Counted from the stretch's first letter, positions 1 to 34,895 are shown. The stretch: 64,000 nt of DNA from Amoebidium appalachense (GCA_963693365.1 CAVNZM010000008.1:7078830-7142829), one strand, 5' to 3'. The notes: a model not told the origin generated them from the letters alone. Translations and numbers: made by a program.

Positions 1-264
1 TTTTTTTTTTTTTTTGCACAGGGGAAGCGGGGGGGGGGGGGGGGGGGGGGGAGGGGGTGGGGTTCAGTGATACAGCTCCTCCCGGGGGGCACACCCTTCC
101 ACACATGATTGAGCCTTATCGGCTGTGACAGAACAGAGACCATTACGAAGAAAATGGCCAGCAAAAAGAGAGATTTGCATGCTGCCCCCTCCCCCCCCCC
201 CTCCCCCCCCCCCCCCACCCCCCCCACCACCACCACCACCAACCACCGCCACCACCACCACCAC

Positions 265-297
<33 letters not shown>

Positions 298-397
298 CCT
301 TTTATTGCTTTAGACGGTCTTTGAAGCTCTCCTGTTCCCGGTGCGCTGCCGCTCTTTGGAAACACACACACCCGTGACACACACACACACACACGTG

Positions 398-496
<99 letters not shown>

Positions 497-537
497 TGCC
501 ACACACACACACACACACACACACACTGGCACACACA

Positions 538-579
<42 letters not shown>

Positions 580-934
580 TACGCGGCACACGCACACTGC
601 CGGTAACACACTCTCACACAAACACACTGTGTAACATACGCATACACACACACACACACACTGTGCACACCGGTGTGACAGACACACACACACACACACA
701 CACGTACTACCACACACACACACAAACACACACAAACACACACACACACACAACACACACACACACGGGGAGGGAGGGAGGCTAACGTTAACCAGGCGCA
801 AACTATTTGGTCAGTGTGAAGCCCGTGGTAAGGGAAGCTTGTTTTTAAAACGGAAGGCCTGAGGGGCGGGAATGGGCAGGGGGGCGGTGCATTGTGAACT
901 TTTTTGAGGGGAGAGGGGGGGGAGTGGGGGGGGT

Positions 935-976
<42 letters not shown>

Positions 977-1212
977 GAAGGCCCACCTAAGGCCTCCGTC
1001 TACTAAAGAAAAGGGAGGGGAGGTGGTTGGGAGGGAAAGGGTGTGTGTGTGGGGAAAGGGGGGGGGGGGGGGGGGGGCACCACGTGCTTGCCTGAGTAAG
1101 TGTGCTCACCCGCCTCCCCCGAAAGACATCTCCCCCCCCCCCCCCCCATCCCCTCCTCCTGGTCACGGGGCGGCCGGACCCGGGGGAGGGGGGAGGGGGG
1201 GGGGGGGGAGGG

Positions 1213-1252
<40 letters not shown>

Positions 1253-2188
1253 TGTACAGGTCCCCGGTCTCCTCACAGAGAGCACAGGTGGCACACCCAC
1301 ACACTTCCACAATACTTCACGCGGATCTGCACACACACATACGTATACCGCACACGCACACACGAGGTGCACAAACCAGCCAAATTTCACACATACCAAC
1401 ACAGTGCACCATTTGATTTAACCGGGCAAACGTGCACATGTGTCTTACGTGCTCACACGACCGTAAACAGGTGCTGGCAAGAGATTCTGAAGACCTGTGA
1501 CCCTCACACACATTCACACAGGCAAAGATGCTGTCGTGTACACACTGGCACGCAGAAGTCTGCCACAGGCATTAAAAACACATACCACCCGTTAGGTCAT
1601 CGGATACACTCACTGACTTCATGTATTCAACTCACGGCACACACATGCATGCACAGTCACACACCATTGCCCTCTCCCTGGAGGTTATTTTCTTCTCTCA
1701 CTCCCCGTGTCCCCGTGCCCTCCCTCCTACCTCCTCTCCCCCCCCCCCTCCCCCCCCCTCCCCCCCCCCCCCCCCCCCCCGCCCGCACCCCCTCCACATC
1801 CCTTATCTAAGTAACTTAGCGTACACGTGCAATCCACGCGCCGCCAACAACACACACACACAAACACACACACACATGCATAAACACAGGGTCGCATACA
1901 GTGTCACGTCACAGAAAAAACACCCAAACATCACGGTGGGCTGGCCATATAAAGTGCTATAGCTATAGCACCAACACCGTGCAAATACTGGGCACACTCA
2001 CCGTACAACTATGCACACAACATGTTAACACCGGGCCGTGGCACAATGGCAGACACACACACACACACACACATGCTAACACACACACACACGACCATTT
2101 TCAAGTAGTACCGTGGCACAGCATTATTGCCCACACACATGTACACACGAGCACTTTCAAGTAGTACACACAGCATCATTACACACGT

Positions 2189-2227
<39 letters not shown>

Positions 2228-2288
2228 GGCAAACGCGCGCTAGTGGCACACCTGAACACACATCATTCCCACACACACACACCGTGAT

Positions 2289-2357
<69 letters not shown>

Positions 2358-2438
2358 CACACACACACACATGCATGATACACAGACACAACACGCACGC
2401 ACGCACACACATACTGATATCAATACACACACACAGTG

Positions 2439-2486
<48 letters not shown>

Positions 2487-2812
2487 ACACACATATGCGC
2501 ACACACACACACACATTCGAACACAGCGCATTGACCACGGTAACGTCAACGGTTGCCCTTTGCTGATGATTAATGGTCATTAAATGTTAAGCGCTGATTG
2601 CAAACAAGTTGGTTGAAGGACGAGAGAGATAGATGTATGACCATCGCACGTCACCTCGAGGGCTCGGGGATCCGCCGGGGGGAGGGGAGGGAGGGGGGGG
2701 GGGGGGGGGGGGGGGGGAGGCACCACCCCACATACAGTGCACCGGACCCCAGTGGGCCCTCCACCCAGGAGGGGGATCAGGAGGGCAGGCGGGGGGGGGG
2801 GGGGGGGGGGGG

Positions 2813-2850
<38 letters not shown>

Positions 2851-3380
2851 GCAGGGCAGGTGCACTTGGATCTCCCTCCCCTCTTCTAGATCTCCGTCTC
2901 CAGATCCGTGCCACGGGGGGGGACTCAGGGGTGTGGTACCACTGAGTGTACACTGAGGGGGGCGTCGATAGATAGTATTTGCAGGGCCCCGGGGTTCGGA
3001 TGGGTAGGACATGTATGATCAGGGTATCCGATATAGGGTTGATGTTGGGTAGATATTGGACGTAATTAGTACTGAAACGTTGTGATTGTGGGTCAGTCAT
3101 CTGTGCGGCTCAGGTACTGTATGTAGCTACACAAGTAAGCTACCTGAGCGACAGAGGAATGTGCTTCGAATGAGCGACTGCTGGCTGGGATCCGGAGGCT
3201 CCTGCAGCTGCCTGGCCATAGGACTGATGATAGGAGTAGGGGACCCGGGGTCGCGATAGCGATCATAAATGATTCATAATCGCCGGCTGAGCCAGGCTGA
3301 TCATTGGCATGCCAAAGGGCCAAATAGTCACAACCGCTGAACTGGGCCGGGAATCAAACAAAAACAAATCTAATACGCCA

Positions 3381-3446
3381 ATTGGATCCGAAATTCTACT
3401 TTAAAAAATGTGAGCCGTTCGATTGGATCCGCAATTCTACTTTAAA
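3381..3446. repeat. Direct repeat of a 25-bp motif containing an inverted CCAAT box
   Basis: attggatccg(a/c)aattctactttaaa at 3381 and 3422. Confidence 0.75.
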
Positions 3447-5146
3447 CATTTTGTTTGTGACTATTCGGTTGGATGACGGCGCACTCCGACTGATAACAGA
3501 GACGTGGTGTCGATCACGAGTGCAAGTTGAACTGAATTCTGCATATGCAGTGGGTCGGTATCATGACAGTATGCCTACATGCAGCAAGTAAGGTGCCCTA
3601 CATACTGACTGCTCAGCTGCCTGCTTGCAGTGGGGGGCACCGTGCGATATTTATTCTGTGAATGGCTGTGTGCATGTTTACTCTTAAATTTGCGTGCCAA
3701 ACTGTTCAACTCTGCCGGGCCAGCCCGGCCGGCGGGGCCGCGGCCCTGCCTGCCAGACCTGCCCAAGACCAACAAGTATTTGTCGGAATGTTCGCTGAGG
3801 AGCACCCACTGAAGGTGATACTTGCTGTCGCTGATGCAACCGGCTTGAAGCTCAGAATCTGCGCTGTTTTACAAGCACTTGACAGACTGCCACAGACACC
3901 AGTCCTGCTGTACCGTAGTTTGAAACTCAACGTTCGAGAAGGGCCACACCGGGGCTACCGGGCTGGCTTCATTATAGCCCACATAGGCTCTAATATTCGC
4001 ACACAGAGCAGTAAGTGAAGCAGTGAGCACTCAAGTGTAGGCCTCTGGCAACTTCCGAGTCGACATGAACCAATCGCAAAAACGCGTCGCACTTGTTGGG
4101 AACACCAATGAAAATTGTGTTTTTTATTGACTAATGATACGCGGCCCAGCGATCAAGCTCGCCAATCAACAGCTGTTCTCGAACAAAAGCAATTTCCGAC
4201 TGTGAACCTCTGATCACAAATTCACAACTTGAAGTTGGCACCATCATCATTGCCCTGATATTATAATAATATCTACGGGTATATACATACCATATTATTT
4301 GATTTTCATAGAAATACATGGCTGCTTTGGGCACCATAGAGACCGCGGGCTCAGCTGGCTATCTGAAATGGAAGCTGTAGAACGTTGATCGATCACGGTT
4401 GACTGTGTATATTCCAGGGCCAAGGCCATCACTGATTGGTTTATAATGCATCGTTCAACCGATTGGCTGGTTTCGGCTGGCAAAATGATGGCTAGATACA
4501 AACCATTGGTTCCTAGGGGCTGTATGTCCACCTTTTTTTAAGCTTTTGATTTGTTCATACAAGCCAATGAAATACGATACATGTATAGATAGCTGCATTC
4601 CTAGTCCTAGAATTTCTTTTTGCGTCAGTCCCTTAGGAGTGCCAAATCTTGCCCTTGCAATGCCAGGGCCCAGCCTGGGGCCTGCTGTCACGGTTGGTGT
4701 TACTTGGTATGACCAACAAAACCAACGTGCATTCACCGGTGGGTCGTGCTGCGCATGTTATCATCAGTGGGCTAGAGGGCACCTCTCCATTGGTGAATCG
4801 GTGATGCAAAGCGGCCCACAGTCCACTCACCAACAAGACTCCACATTCAAACCGTGACTGGCTCGGCTCAGTGGCTCAGCGCGAAATTCGAAGAGTTGTT
4901 CGCGGGCAGACAGATATCGATGGGATATAATATTTATTGTTGATAAGCAGAAGCCTATGTTCCCGGTGTAACGGTCTGCGAAACATTCGAATTCTAACCT
5001 GAGCTAATATATATAGTCCAATAATAACATGTGGTCGACTTCGTGTCATATTTATCGAGTCATATGATATATGACGGATCGGGAGAGGCCTCGAAGGGGC
5101 CGCACTCAGTGCCGCACTGGCAGCTGCAGGGGCCCCCACGGAGGAA

Positions 5147-5196
<50 letters not shown>

Positions 5197-5244
5197 TGGG
5201 GGTAGAGTGTACACTTGTAACCGGGGGGGGCCGGGGGGGGGGGG

Positions 5245-5323
<79 letters not shown>

Positions 5324-5356
5324 CAAGTTGTGTGTGTGCGTGTGTGTGTGTTCAAG

Positions 5357-5421
<65 letters not shown>

Positions 5422-5513
5422 TGTGTGTGTGTCTGTACAACATGGATGTGTGTACTGAGCTCGAGTGTGTGCGTGTGCGTGTGCGCGTGTCTTGTGTCTG
5501 TGTGTGTGCAATG

Positions 5514-5548
<35 letters not shown>

Positions 5549-5593
5549 GTGTCACACGTGTGCGTGTATGTATGTGACTGTGTGTGCGTGTGT

Positions 5594-5678
<85 letters not shown>

Positions 5679-5881
5679 ACACAGTGTCTGTGCACGACAG
5701 AACGGGTTCTTATTATTGGGGGGGGAGGGGAAGGGAAGGGAGAGGGTGATATGACTCCGTGAGAGAGGCGAGGGGGGAGGCGGGCGAGACAGAGAGAGAG
5801 GGAGGGCTGAGAGAGGTGGGAGACAGAGAGAGAGGGGGGGGGGGGGGGGGGGGGGGAGGGGGGGAGAGAGAGAGAGGGAGG

Positions 5882-5988
<107 letters not shown>

Positions 5989-6176
5989 TGTACGAGATAG
6001 AGAAGAGGAAGGAGGAGGGGGGGGGGGGGGGGGCAGGGAGAGATAGACACACGGAGAGGGGGGGGGGGGGGGGGCGGCAGGCTCAGCGGGGAAGAGGGGG
6101 GGGGGGGGGGGGAGAGAGGAAGGGAGGGAGGGAGGGAGGAAGGGAGAGGGGTGGAGGGAAGGAGGGAAGGGAGTTG

Positions 6177-6209
<33 letters not shown>

Positions 6210-6620
6210 TGGGGTCATTAGATTACATCGGTGACTTCGAAGTAGGCATGGATAATAAGATGCCAAACCTGTTACATCAACATCTTGCCACGCTGACCCT
6301 GTGTCTAGAGAAGCAATTGAAGAGAGGAGAGTTTTAAGGGGAAGGTGTGTGTGGGTGGGTGGGTGGGTGGGTCGGTGGGGTGGGCGGGAAAAGGGGGGGG
6401 GGGGGGGGGGGGGGGGGGGGATTGATGGATAATAGATAGGTTTGGGCCTGAATGGGCTGGTGAATAATACTATGCAGTGTTGTAGCAGCCGTGCAAATAC
6501 CACATGCAGCAGCCCCAGCCACAATGTGAACTGGTTGCCATGCACGGGTGCACCCTGCAATGATGACGGTGCAGTATACAGACAAATACCAGTATCCAGT
6601 GCACATGACAGGCTCCTCCC

Positions 6621-6654
<34 letters not shown>

Positions 6655-6850
6655 CCCCTCCCTCCTCAAAAAAAAAAAAAAAAAAAACATGCAAACACAC
6701 AGTGGTTAATAACACATGCAGAGTGTGCATGCACACACTCATGTCATACGTGCATGCACGCACAAACACCTAGCACACATCCACACAGGTACGCATCATC
6801 AACACAGATACACAGACATATGCACGCGCGCACGTGTGTGTGTGCGCGCT

Positions 6851-6893
<43 letters not shown>

Positions 6894-7282
6894 GCACGTA
6901 CCATATGGCATGCCCACACACCACCACCGTGGCATCACAAGGTGAATCTACTAGGACTTGCCACTATTCTAAGGGTGTAGTGCCATGTATACTTGTCTGG
7001 GCCCAACACTCCAACCCCCACAACCCCACCCCGATCTCAGTTACACCTGCAATCATTATGTCACCGACACATCCAGCTCACTGATTGCACTCTGTGACAC
7101 CAACATCTATACTTGGAGGTACGTTCCCAGTATTGGCGGCCACCACAGCTATACCGTATGCCTAACACTTTAACATACCGACACAAATACCTCAAACTCA
7201 GAGGTGGAAGCCTGCTGCCAGTAATTATCCATTGCGGGCAGGGAGGGGCCCCGGGGGAAGGGGTAGAGAGGGGGGAGAAGAA

Positions 7283-7319
<37 letters not shown>

Positions 7320-7837
7320 GGGGGGGGGGAGAAGAAGGGGGGGGGGGGGGGGGGGGCTAGGGGGGGGGAGAAGGGGGGGGGGGGGGGGGAGGGGGCGGGG
7401 AGGTAACCGATTGAAGGCGGACCAGGTGTGTTTGCAGGGACCTTTGTCATAACGGGGAAACAAAACATGTGTCTGTAAATAAACACCCTTGGGGCCCGGG
7501 CCTTCTATTCAGGTATCATGATGGTTATTATTATTGTCACAAGTCATTGTTTTTATTACTAAGTATTATTACTATTTTTTTGGGAGGAGGGGGAGGGGAT
7601 GGGGGGGGAGGAGGGAGGGGGGGGGGGGGGGGGAGATGGGGGGGAGGAGGGGGGGGGGGGGGGGGGGGGGGACGGGGAGGGGAGCGGAGTCTTGAGGGCA
7701 TAGAGCTGGGACATACAGGGAAGTTGTCCTCAAAGAAGATTTTACTGTATTACTATTGCAGGCCTTGTTCACAAAAAGTGTTACTGTTGTGTTGGGTTTT
7801 TCGAACAATTGAGTATGTGTATGGTGTGTACGTGTGC

Positions 7838-7911
<74 letters not shown>

Positions 7912-8633
7912 GGGGGGGGGGAGGAGGGGGTAGAATGGCAGGGAGTGAGTGGTTTTCCGAGGGCCACTTAGAGATGGAAAGAAGAGGGGGAAGAGGTCGG
8001 GGGGGTGGAGGGGAAGGGGAGGGGGGGATGAGAGAAGTGACCCCGGGAGATGGTAAAATGATCTACAGCCAATCAGCTGAGTCAATAATGCACATGCTCC
8101 AAGAACACCCCCCCCTCTTCCCCCCGCGGGTGCACCCCGACCTCCGCCATGGTCACATGCACTTTCCCACTTGATCGCCCACCCCCTTATGGCAACTGTG
8201 TCTTGCTCCCACTCCTCCCTCCTCTCCCCACTGCCCTTTTCACTGCTTGAAATCCAAATCCACCGGGTCTTTTTCAAGTGCCAACCAGCAGCCAAGCAAA
8301 GCAACACGTGCTAAATTCATGTGCGACTTTGTGGCTTTGGGAAAACACGTAATGTTTCTCACAGAATCCCGAATCATAATGATATGATATGAAGGGGGAA
8401 ATCATTGAATAAATCCATATATGCTGCCAAATTCATGGATTGTCCCGAATGTTTCCCGAATACCTGTCAAGCCATTTTCGTAGTGGGTCACCCACCCTTC
8501 AGCCAAATGTGTGTGGGGGAGGTGTATGCACGTATGTGTTTGTGTTGGGTGCCCCCTGGCCGGGAGGCCACTAAGGCCATACATGGCCGCCACCCAAAAA
8601 CCAGTTGCATTCAACCCCCCCCCCCCCCCCCCC

Positions 8634-8666
<33 letters not shown>

Positions 8667-8850
8667 ACAGAGAGAACCCAAGGAAGTGCCGGCATGTAAA
8701 TTAGCCTACTGAATGAGTACGTCTGATTAGTCTTACAAAGGCACCACATTTGTGTGGGTGATGAAAGACGCATTTTGAAGAGAGGCGCCAACAATATTGA
8801 AAGGTGCAAAACTCTCTTTCTCTCTCTCTCTGTGTGTGTGTACATGCGCC

Positions 8851-8922
<72 letters not shown>

Positions 8923-8962
8923 TCTGTGTGTCTGTGCGTGCGTATGTGTGTGTGTGTATATC

Positions 8963-9058
<96 letters not shown>

Positions 9059-9059
9059 A

Positions 9060-9127
<68 letters not shown>

Positions 9128-10579
9128 TGTGTTCGTGTGTGTGTGTGAAGGGAAGCCTTGAATGGTATCAACCGGCGATTCACTCACCACCCTCCAAACA
9201 GTAACTCGCATTAAGTTAAATACGCAGATGGTAACTGCACACGGCTCCCTAGAAAAGTTAAAGGCCGCAAATGCTACTGAAAATGTAGGGTAATGCTAAA
9301 AATAGAAAAGGAAAGTAGTTGTTTTCGAGATGAACCTGGCGCCCATGACACGACACAGTCTCAGATACACAAATCCAAACACAAAATCTTTTATTTATCT
9401 ATTCAATACTAATTATATCGTTTAGGGGTCCCTCATTACTACCGTCTTCCACTGAGCACCTTCTGTACGCTAGCTAGGGTGCTAATTTTCTCTTTGCATT
9501 CAGCTATGCTAGCACACATTCACCAATCCTAACTACTACAAATTTATAGTACAACACTTATTGTAGCCCACGGTTTTCGCTAGTGGGGGGCACCAGGCCT
9601 CCCCTCCAATCAAAACCCACTAATAAAATTCTAAAAACGGACTCTCATTGGTTAACTACGCTCGATGCAGCACGTTTTGTGATTTCTGATGTGGCTAACG
9701 TGCTGGGCAGAAACATGGTGGTGTGCCTAATAGTTCAGGGGAGTGTGGGTGTGTTTATGGGATGGTGGTGGCAGTACTACTGTCTATATTAGGAGTATGT
9801 TGGTCTGTACGTACCTATCTGCTACGGTGGTGTATTGTACATGATTTTTTTTTTGTAGCCGGCATTGCTAGATTGGTGGGTTTGTGTGTGTGCCGGGACA
9901 TTTGACATGCTGGCTGTGTGTGTGTGTGTGGTGTTTGTGTGGGTTTTGGGTTACAGTGGAAAATTTTCACTTTCTGGGTGTGTGGGGTGGTCTGTGGGTG
10001 TCTCATTTCATTTGTGGGGGTTTGTGGGGGGGGGGGAGGACGGTGCTTCGTGGGTGCCAAAGTCTAGAGAAGAAAAACGTTTGTAGCTCTATTGCAATTT
10101 TACCTGTGATGGCCCGGGTAGTAGGATCTGTGGCGCCGGTGAAACCCAAGCAAAAACAAAAGACATGAATTGATTCATGGTCCAGACACGCTGCACAGCA
10201 GCCTTACATTTTATTATGCAGCAACATGAAACTTTCACGACCCCCCCCCCCCCCCCCCCCCCCCTCTCCCCCCGAACCATGTCACACGTTCAAGTGTATT
10301 TTTCTCATGTGATATTCTGAATGCGCCCAGCTGCACTGTGCCAGTACCTAACGGGGCAGAAAAAATCTTCCCTGCCGTTGTTTACCTACAGTCCTGAAAC
10401 ACACAGGACTGGGTATGGGTGCTAGAGGTGCGTGGGAAGTTGGCGGGGACGGGGGGGGGGGGGGGGGGGGGGGGGGAGGGGGGGGAGAGGGGGGGGGGGA
10501 GAGAAAGAGGGGAGGAAGAGCGAGCAGGAGAGGGAGGGGGAACAGGGAGGGAGAGAGGGAAAATGTATGTGGATGAGTG

Positions 10580-10686
<107 letters not shown>

Positions 10687-10769
10687 TAGGGGTGCGGTGG
10701 GGGAGGGAGAGTTGCGATGAGAAATTTGAAAAGATTTTGAAAATAGGTGGGTTGGTTGGTAGGGGAGAT

Positions 10770-10987
10770 GAGAATGTGTGTGTGAGTGAGATTGGGACAG
10801 GGAGAAGGGAGAGTGGAAGAGAAGGGAGAGAAAGCAGGTGATGGAGAACGGGTAAGGGGAGGGGAGGAGGGAGAGAGAGAGGAGAATGTGTGTGTGAGTG
10901 AGATTGGGACAGGGAGAAGGGAGAGTGGAAGAGAAGGGAGAGAAAGCAGGTGATGGAGAACGGGTAAGGGGAGGGGAGGAGGGAGAG
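10770..10987. repeat. Two-copy tandem duplication (~112-bp period)
   Basis: gagaatgtgtgtgtgagtgagattgggacaggg...gagaacgggtaaggggaggggaggagggagag occurs twice. Confidence 0.9.
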
Positions 10988-11059
10988 GGGGGGGGGGGGG
11001 GAGGGGGGGGAGGGGGGAGGTGGGGCGGAGAGAGATATTGAGGCTTTCGCCTTTAGGAG

Positions 11060-11431
11060 ACTATAACTACCTACACTGTCACGTCCTGTGTCCCCCTGCC
11101 AACCACCCGGTACTTCCCTACCCTCCACAGCGCCGTACCCCTAATTTTGCCACACCTTGTTCATATCCCCTGCTTTATCCTTGTCTCCCGTCTCTCCCCT
11201 CCCTCCCCAACCCCTGTCATTCTCATCTGCAAGCTCGGCAAAATGGTTTTTAACACCCCCACCCCCCTACCCTCCCCCCTCTTCCCACCCCGCCATAAAG
11301 AATCTGACCAGCCACCAAGCCACCAAACCCTACCGCTCGAAAAACAACCCCCTACCCCAACCTCTTCCGTGCAGCCCACCAAAATAAAAATCTCCTCCTA
11401 TATTAAAAGAGCCCTGTTCCGCACAAAATAG
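11060..11431 (+). mobile_element. Degenerate Penelope-like RT C-terminal remnant
   Basis: Across frameshifts: NYLHCHV (cf. PYLDLHI), QRRTPNFAT (cf. NKLDTPTFNT), SSAKWF and YPNLFRAAH (cf. HPHIYRGVH), colinear with the 27.6-kb ORF. It ends before a poly-C tract. Confidence 0.45.
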
Positions 11432-11447
11432 TCATCTGAATGTCCTC

Positions 11448-11503
<56 letters not shown>

Positions 11504-14401
11504 ATACACACACATACACACCTCCCCACCGGTACCCCCTGCCTCCCATCTCTGCTGCCTCCCTCCCCCCCCCCCCCTCCCCCCCCCAACCCTCCGCGGC
11601 TCACCCGGCTCGCATAATCTTGGAGGGCCTGGGCGCCTCTCTCTCCCTCTCGCTACCCTAGCGCGCCGTCCATCCATGTCCACGTCTGCTTAACCGTCCC
11701 ACCTGCTCTACGCCAACAACTGTGCCCAACTTTATTCGTGCACATGTGGAGTTTGTGCAAGCCCAACTGCTGTTGTTCTGTTCAGACTTGCCTCTCGCCT
11801 CGTTTCGGTGGATACAGAGCACTTTCTGAAAACCTGACCCCAACCGTCGGCTCAATAAGCTCGCGCGTAACAACCTTCGTGCCAAAGAAACTTTCCACAC
11901 TACCCTGTCTGCCTGTATACTACGTAAAGATGGCGCTGCGGCCTGGAGGATCAAGTTTGAACTCCCTTGGTTTGAGTCGACTCAGAAAAATCATGATGTG
12001 ATACAAACGAGGAAAATTCGAATCCGCGCGTTTTCAGCTTTGTTTCCGCTCTCTTTCCGACTGTTGATTCGGTTGGCGCGAAAATTTCGGTGGCTGAAAA
12101 CCTCTGTTCCCCCTACACTAAAAACTTTAGATATTAAGAAAGTTTGGATATATTAATGTGGTATGACTGCCGGCGCGTTGATCATGGCATTGCGCCATAG
12201 TTGCCAAGTTTTTTAAAAGGTAAAAAATAACATTGTTATATAGCACATGACGGGAATTTATTTTGCTCAAATTATAAGTTTCAAATATAAGTATAAAAAC
12301 AATTAATCAAGTCTATCAGTACAGTGGATGCTTCTAAGTGAGTGTTGGCTCCTAAATGACATACTACTTAATGTAGGCTAATATTTAGATAACTGATATG
12401 CAAGATATTGTCGTAAATGTGTCTCCTCAACATCATGTGCCAGCACTGGCACTCGAGCTCACACATCTACACAGCTGCAGGGCTTCAAACATCGCGGGTT
12501 TTCGTTGTTCAGGTTGGCCATTGTGTGTGTGATGGAATGTCCTTAGCTGCACAAGTCTAACCACCGTGTTTAGCTCTAGAGAGTTTTTTAAAAAACTGTG
12601 TGGAAGATTTTGCACATACACGAAGTATACACTGCCACCTGGCCTTGATACGCAGGACAATCTGATGTCGGTGGACATTGGCATTTTGTAATCCCTGTCA
12701 TGCACATGGCCATGGTTATACTGTGAGCAGGTTATCTCTACAAGTAAGTCCAGAAAAAAAGAGCTGTTTGTTTTCAAAGAGATTAGTAGAGGGCGAGGAG
12801 CGTACTAGCGTAGCAATTAGGCTGGCCTGTGGATTTGGCTTCCTGGAACACATCCGGGGGTATCTGGAGGCAATCTACACACTTAGGTAAGGTGGAAAAA
12901 TCTAGAAATCTTGGTGTCCTAAATACATTCAGTCGAGTTGAGGCGTTACGATAAAGTTTTATTAGTGAATATTGCGGTGTCATCGTGTGGCTGGTTGGAC
13001 TTGTGCCGTGCTTTATGCAAGGGGAGAGTGATCTGTGCGGTGATATAATGGATGCTACGATGCATGTGGGACCTGAAAATGTAGCAGCTAAAAGTAAAAG
13101 AACATGGAGAGGATGGGATGCGGGCCGTATATGTATTGGTTCTAGCCATGCAAAGCGCCCGCACTTATATTCTTTAGAGTATATTTAGGCATGGCCGTAT
13201 AATCCTGTGTGGTAGATTGTGTCACCTTCTCACATTGCAGGCTTGGTATTCATACACAGCCGGGCTCACCAACACATGTTTCAACCTAGATATGTGCATG
13301 GAAAGAGTTGTCGTGTAAGCGCGCAATATAAGCACGGAGACTCTAATTCGTTAATTGATTCTGCATCTTAGGATGCTGAAATCATGTAAACACATGTCCT
13401 ACGAGACAACATGGTGGTAGGCCTAGGAGCACGGACTAACGTTTATGAGGGAAGGTGCAGGCGAAATGGAGAGGGCTGGTCTGCCACAGCCCAGTCACAG
13501 CACAAAAGCCACAGACAACGTCTGGGTGCAAGCAAACGGGTGGGTGGTCTCCTACGTGTAGTTGGTAGCTTAGAGGGAAAAAAAAGGCCGGTTTCTGCAG
13601 CTAGCTATGATACTTGGAAAGAGGATCAAGGAATGAGCTTGATTGTAAACGGTGGATCTCTTGCATTGCTTGTGCTTTTTCTTGTGCCGACCGACTATTG
13701 TTTCTCAGCACATAATGCCCGTTTGCCTCTCGCCATTTGACCCCTACACGTAACAGTCTATGGGGACACCATGATGCCATCTTGGTCATTCACACATACA
13801 TAAGTAGGTGAAAGGTTGTTGCGCATTACTATGTTGCCTGCATATGTCTCGTCAGCTCTTCATGGACTGTGTGTTCTACCTGCAGGGCACACCCAGCCAC
13901 CAGCACAAAGCACAACACTGAGGCTGCGCTCAAGTTTGCCTTGCCTGCTAACACTCTGTGAGTAACCGTGACGTTGGTGGCATTTTGAAAACCATCGTAG
14001 TGCAGATTCCCTATGTTCTCTGTTTTTGGGGTTGCACATACGTGCAGCTGACTTGGAGCAGGACATTCAGCCTACGAATACTGGGTCTATCTCCAGTAAG
14101 CCCATAAACACCTCTAGATAATATACCAGGAGCGAAACAGTAGATACGTGCACATGCACTTGAATAATGGCCCTCTCATTGTGTTTCAATATGCACATGC
14201 CTGCAGGGCAGTTGGTTTGCCCAAGAAGGATTCTTCGCAAAACACGACGAAGCACACCCACACATGCACACCGGTGGCCCACACACCAAATCTCAAACCC
14301 CCCCCCCCCCCCCTCTCCCTCCGTCCTCCCCCCCCCTTCCACACACGCACACACACAGGCCGTACCCGGACCGTGTAGCCACAGGTCTGTGGGAGGTTGC
14401 A

Positions 14402-33443
<19,042 letters not shown>

Positions 33444-33659
33444 TTTTAAATTTTATAATTGTATAAACTGCATTAGTTTTATGCCACTAAATTGATGTCG
33501 TGTCCGTTTGCCCTGGACTTGTGTCGTATGACCTCCCACCAAGAATCAGTAGCCAGTGCATTGTGTTGCATCAATCTGCCATGTCTGCCACTAGGGTCCT
33601 CTCTGAGTGGTAGTTTTTATATCCGGTGTGCCATCTAAACGCCATGAGTCTACTTACTA

Positions 33660-33969
33660 CTCACCAAATGACAAAAGTTTTATGTACCGTCAGCTTTTGT
33701 TCACTTACACACCTTGCACATGCATGAAAATAGAGACCTGGTGTCATGCACCTTAGTCGACCGAATATTCCATTTTTGTAGACAGATTGCAATCGTTCGC
33801 CAATACATAGAAAAGCACGATAGCTGTGCTGTGAGATTGGTGCAATGGGTCGGGTGGCCATGCCTGTGATTGATATGGGTTCATGTGGGGCTGTGCGCAT
33901 GGGCGATGTGATGTCATGCCGTGATGGTTGGGTCTACTTTGTTTTTTTGGTGGTGGTGGTGGTGGTGGG

Positions 33970-34009
<40 letters not shown>

Positions 34010-34561
34010 AGGTGTTAAGTGGGAATAGATAAACGTTTGTGTATAGGAGAATGATTATGCTCAAGTTAACTACAAACGAATGACCCACCAACCACGTGCA
34101 CCACCAAACATGCGCTGCTTTAACCCTAGAAAGATGGCAGCAGCAAACAAAAGGCAAAAAAAAAAGGAGGGTTTCAGACTTAACCAAGTTTTTGGCGAAT
34201 ATTTCTACTTGCTTTGGCTTCTGCAAGCCCCACCGTTACGTCCAGGTGGTTGTGTGCTAGTGCCCATTTGTGTTTGTGTTTGTGTTTTATGTGCCTCAGG
34301 CTGTGCGATTTGTGTTCAAGTGTTTGTGTGCTCGTGTGGTTCAGCAACATTGAAGCCATGGGGCAAATAGGTTTTTTTTGGGTTGATGCGTGTGTGGCCA
34401 CGAGTGGGGTGGGGTGGGGTGTTCGGGTGGGTGGATGGGTGTGGGTGTGTGTGTGGGGGGGCGGGGGAGGGGGGGGGGAGGAGCAGCAAGCTTGCATGTA
34501 TGTGAGTCGGACAACTGTGCGACATTCTCATGTGTGTACCTACAGTATACATGGGCATGTG

Positions 34562-34592
<31 letters not shown>

Positions 34593-34801
34593 CTGTATGT
34601 ACACGTGTGTTTGCCAGTGGGCCCAGGTTGTCTTGTAAGAGGACCGTGTGCTGCATATATGACAGTTGAATGTGTCTGTGGCCGTTGAACTGTGACATCG
34701 CTTGCGCGACAGACGGAACACTGTCAGGTACTTACATGTATACTGGCTTAGAAAACAAGAAGGGGGAGGCGGAGAAGGAGGAGGTACATGTGGTGTTATG
34801 T

Positions 34802-34838
<37 letters not shown>

Positions 34839-34857
34839 GTGCGGCCCAGGGGGGGAG

Positions 34858-34895
<38 letters not shown>

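Noticed and set aside
11700-11995. Minus-strand frame containing VESFFGT (integrase-like)
   Set aside because: In-frame stops and no DDE context; probably coincidental, or a non-coding first exon.
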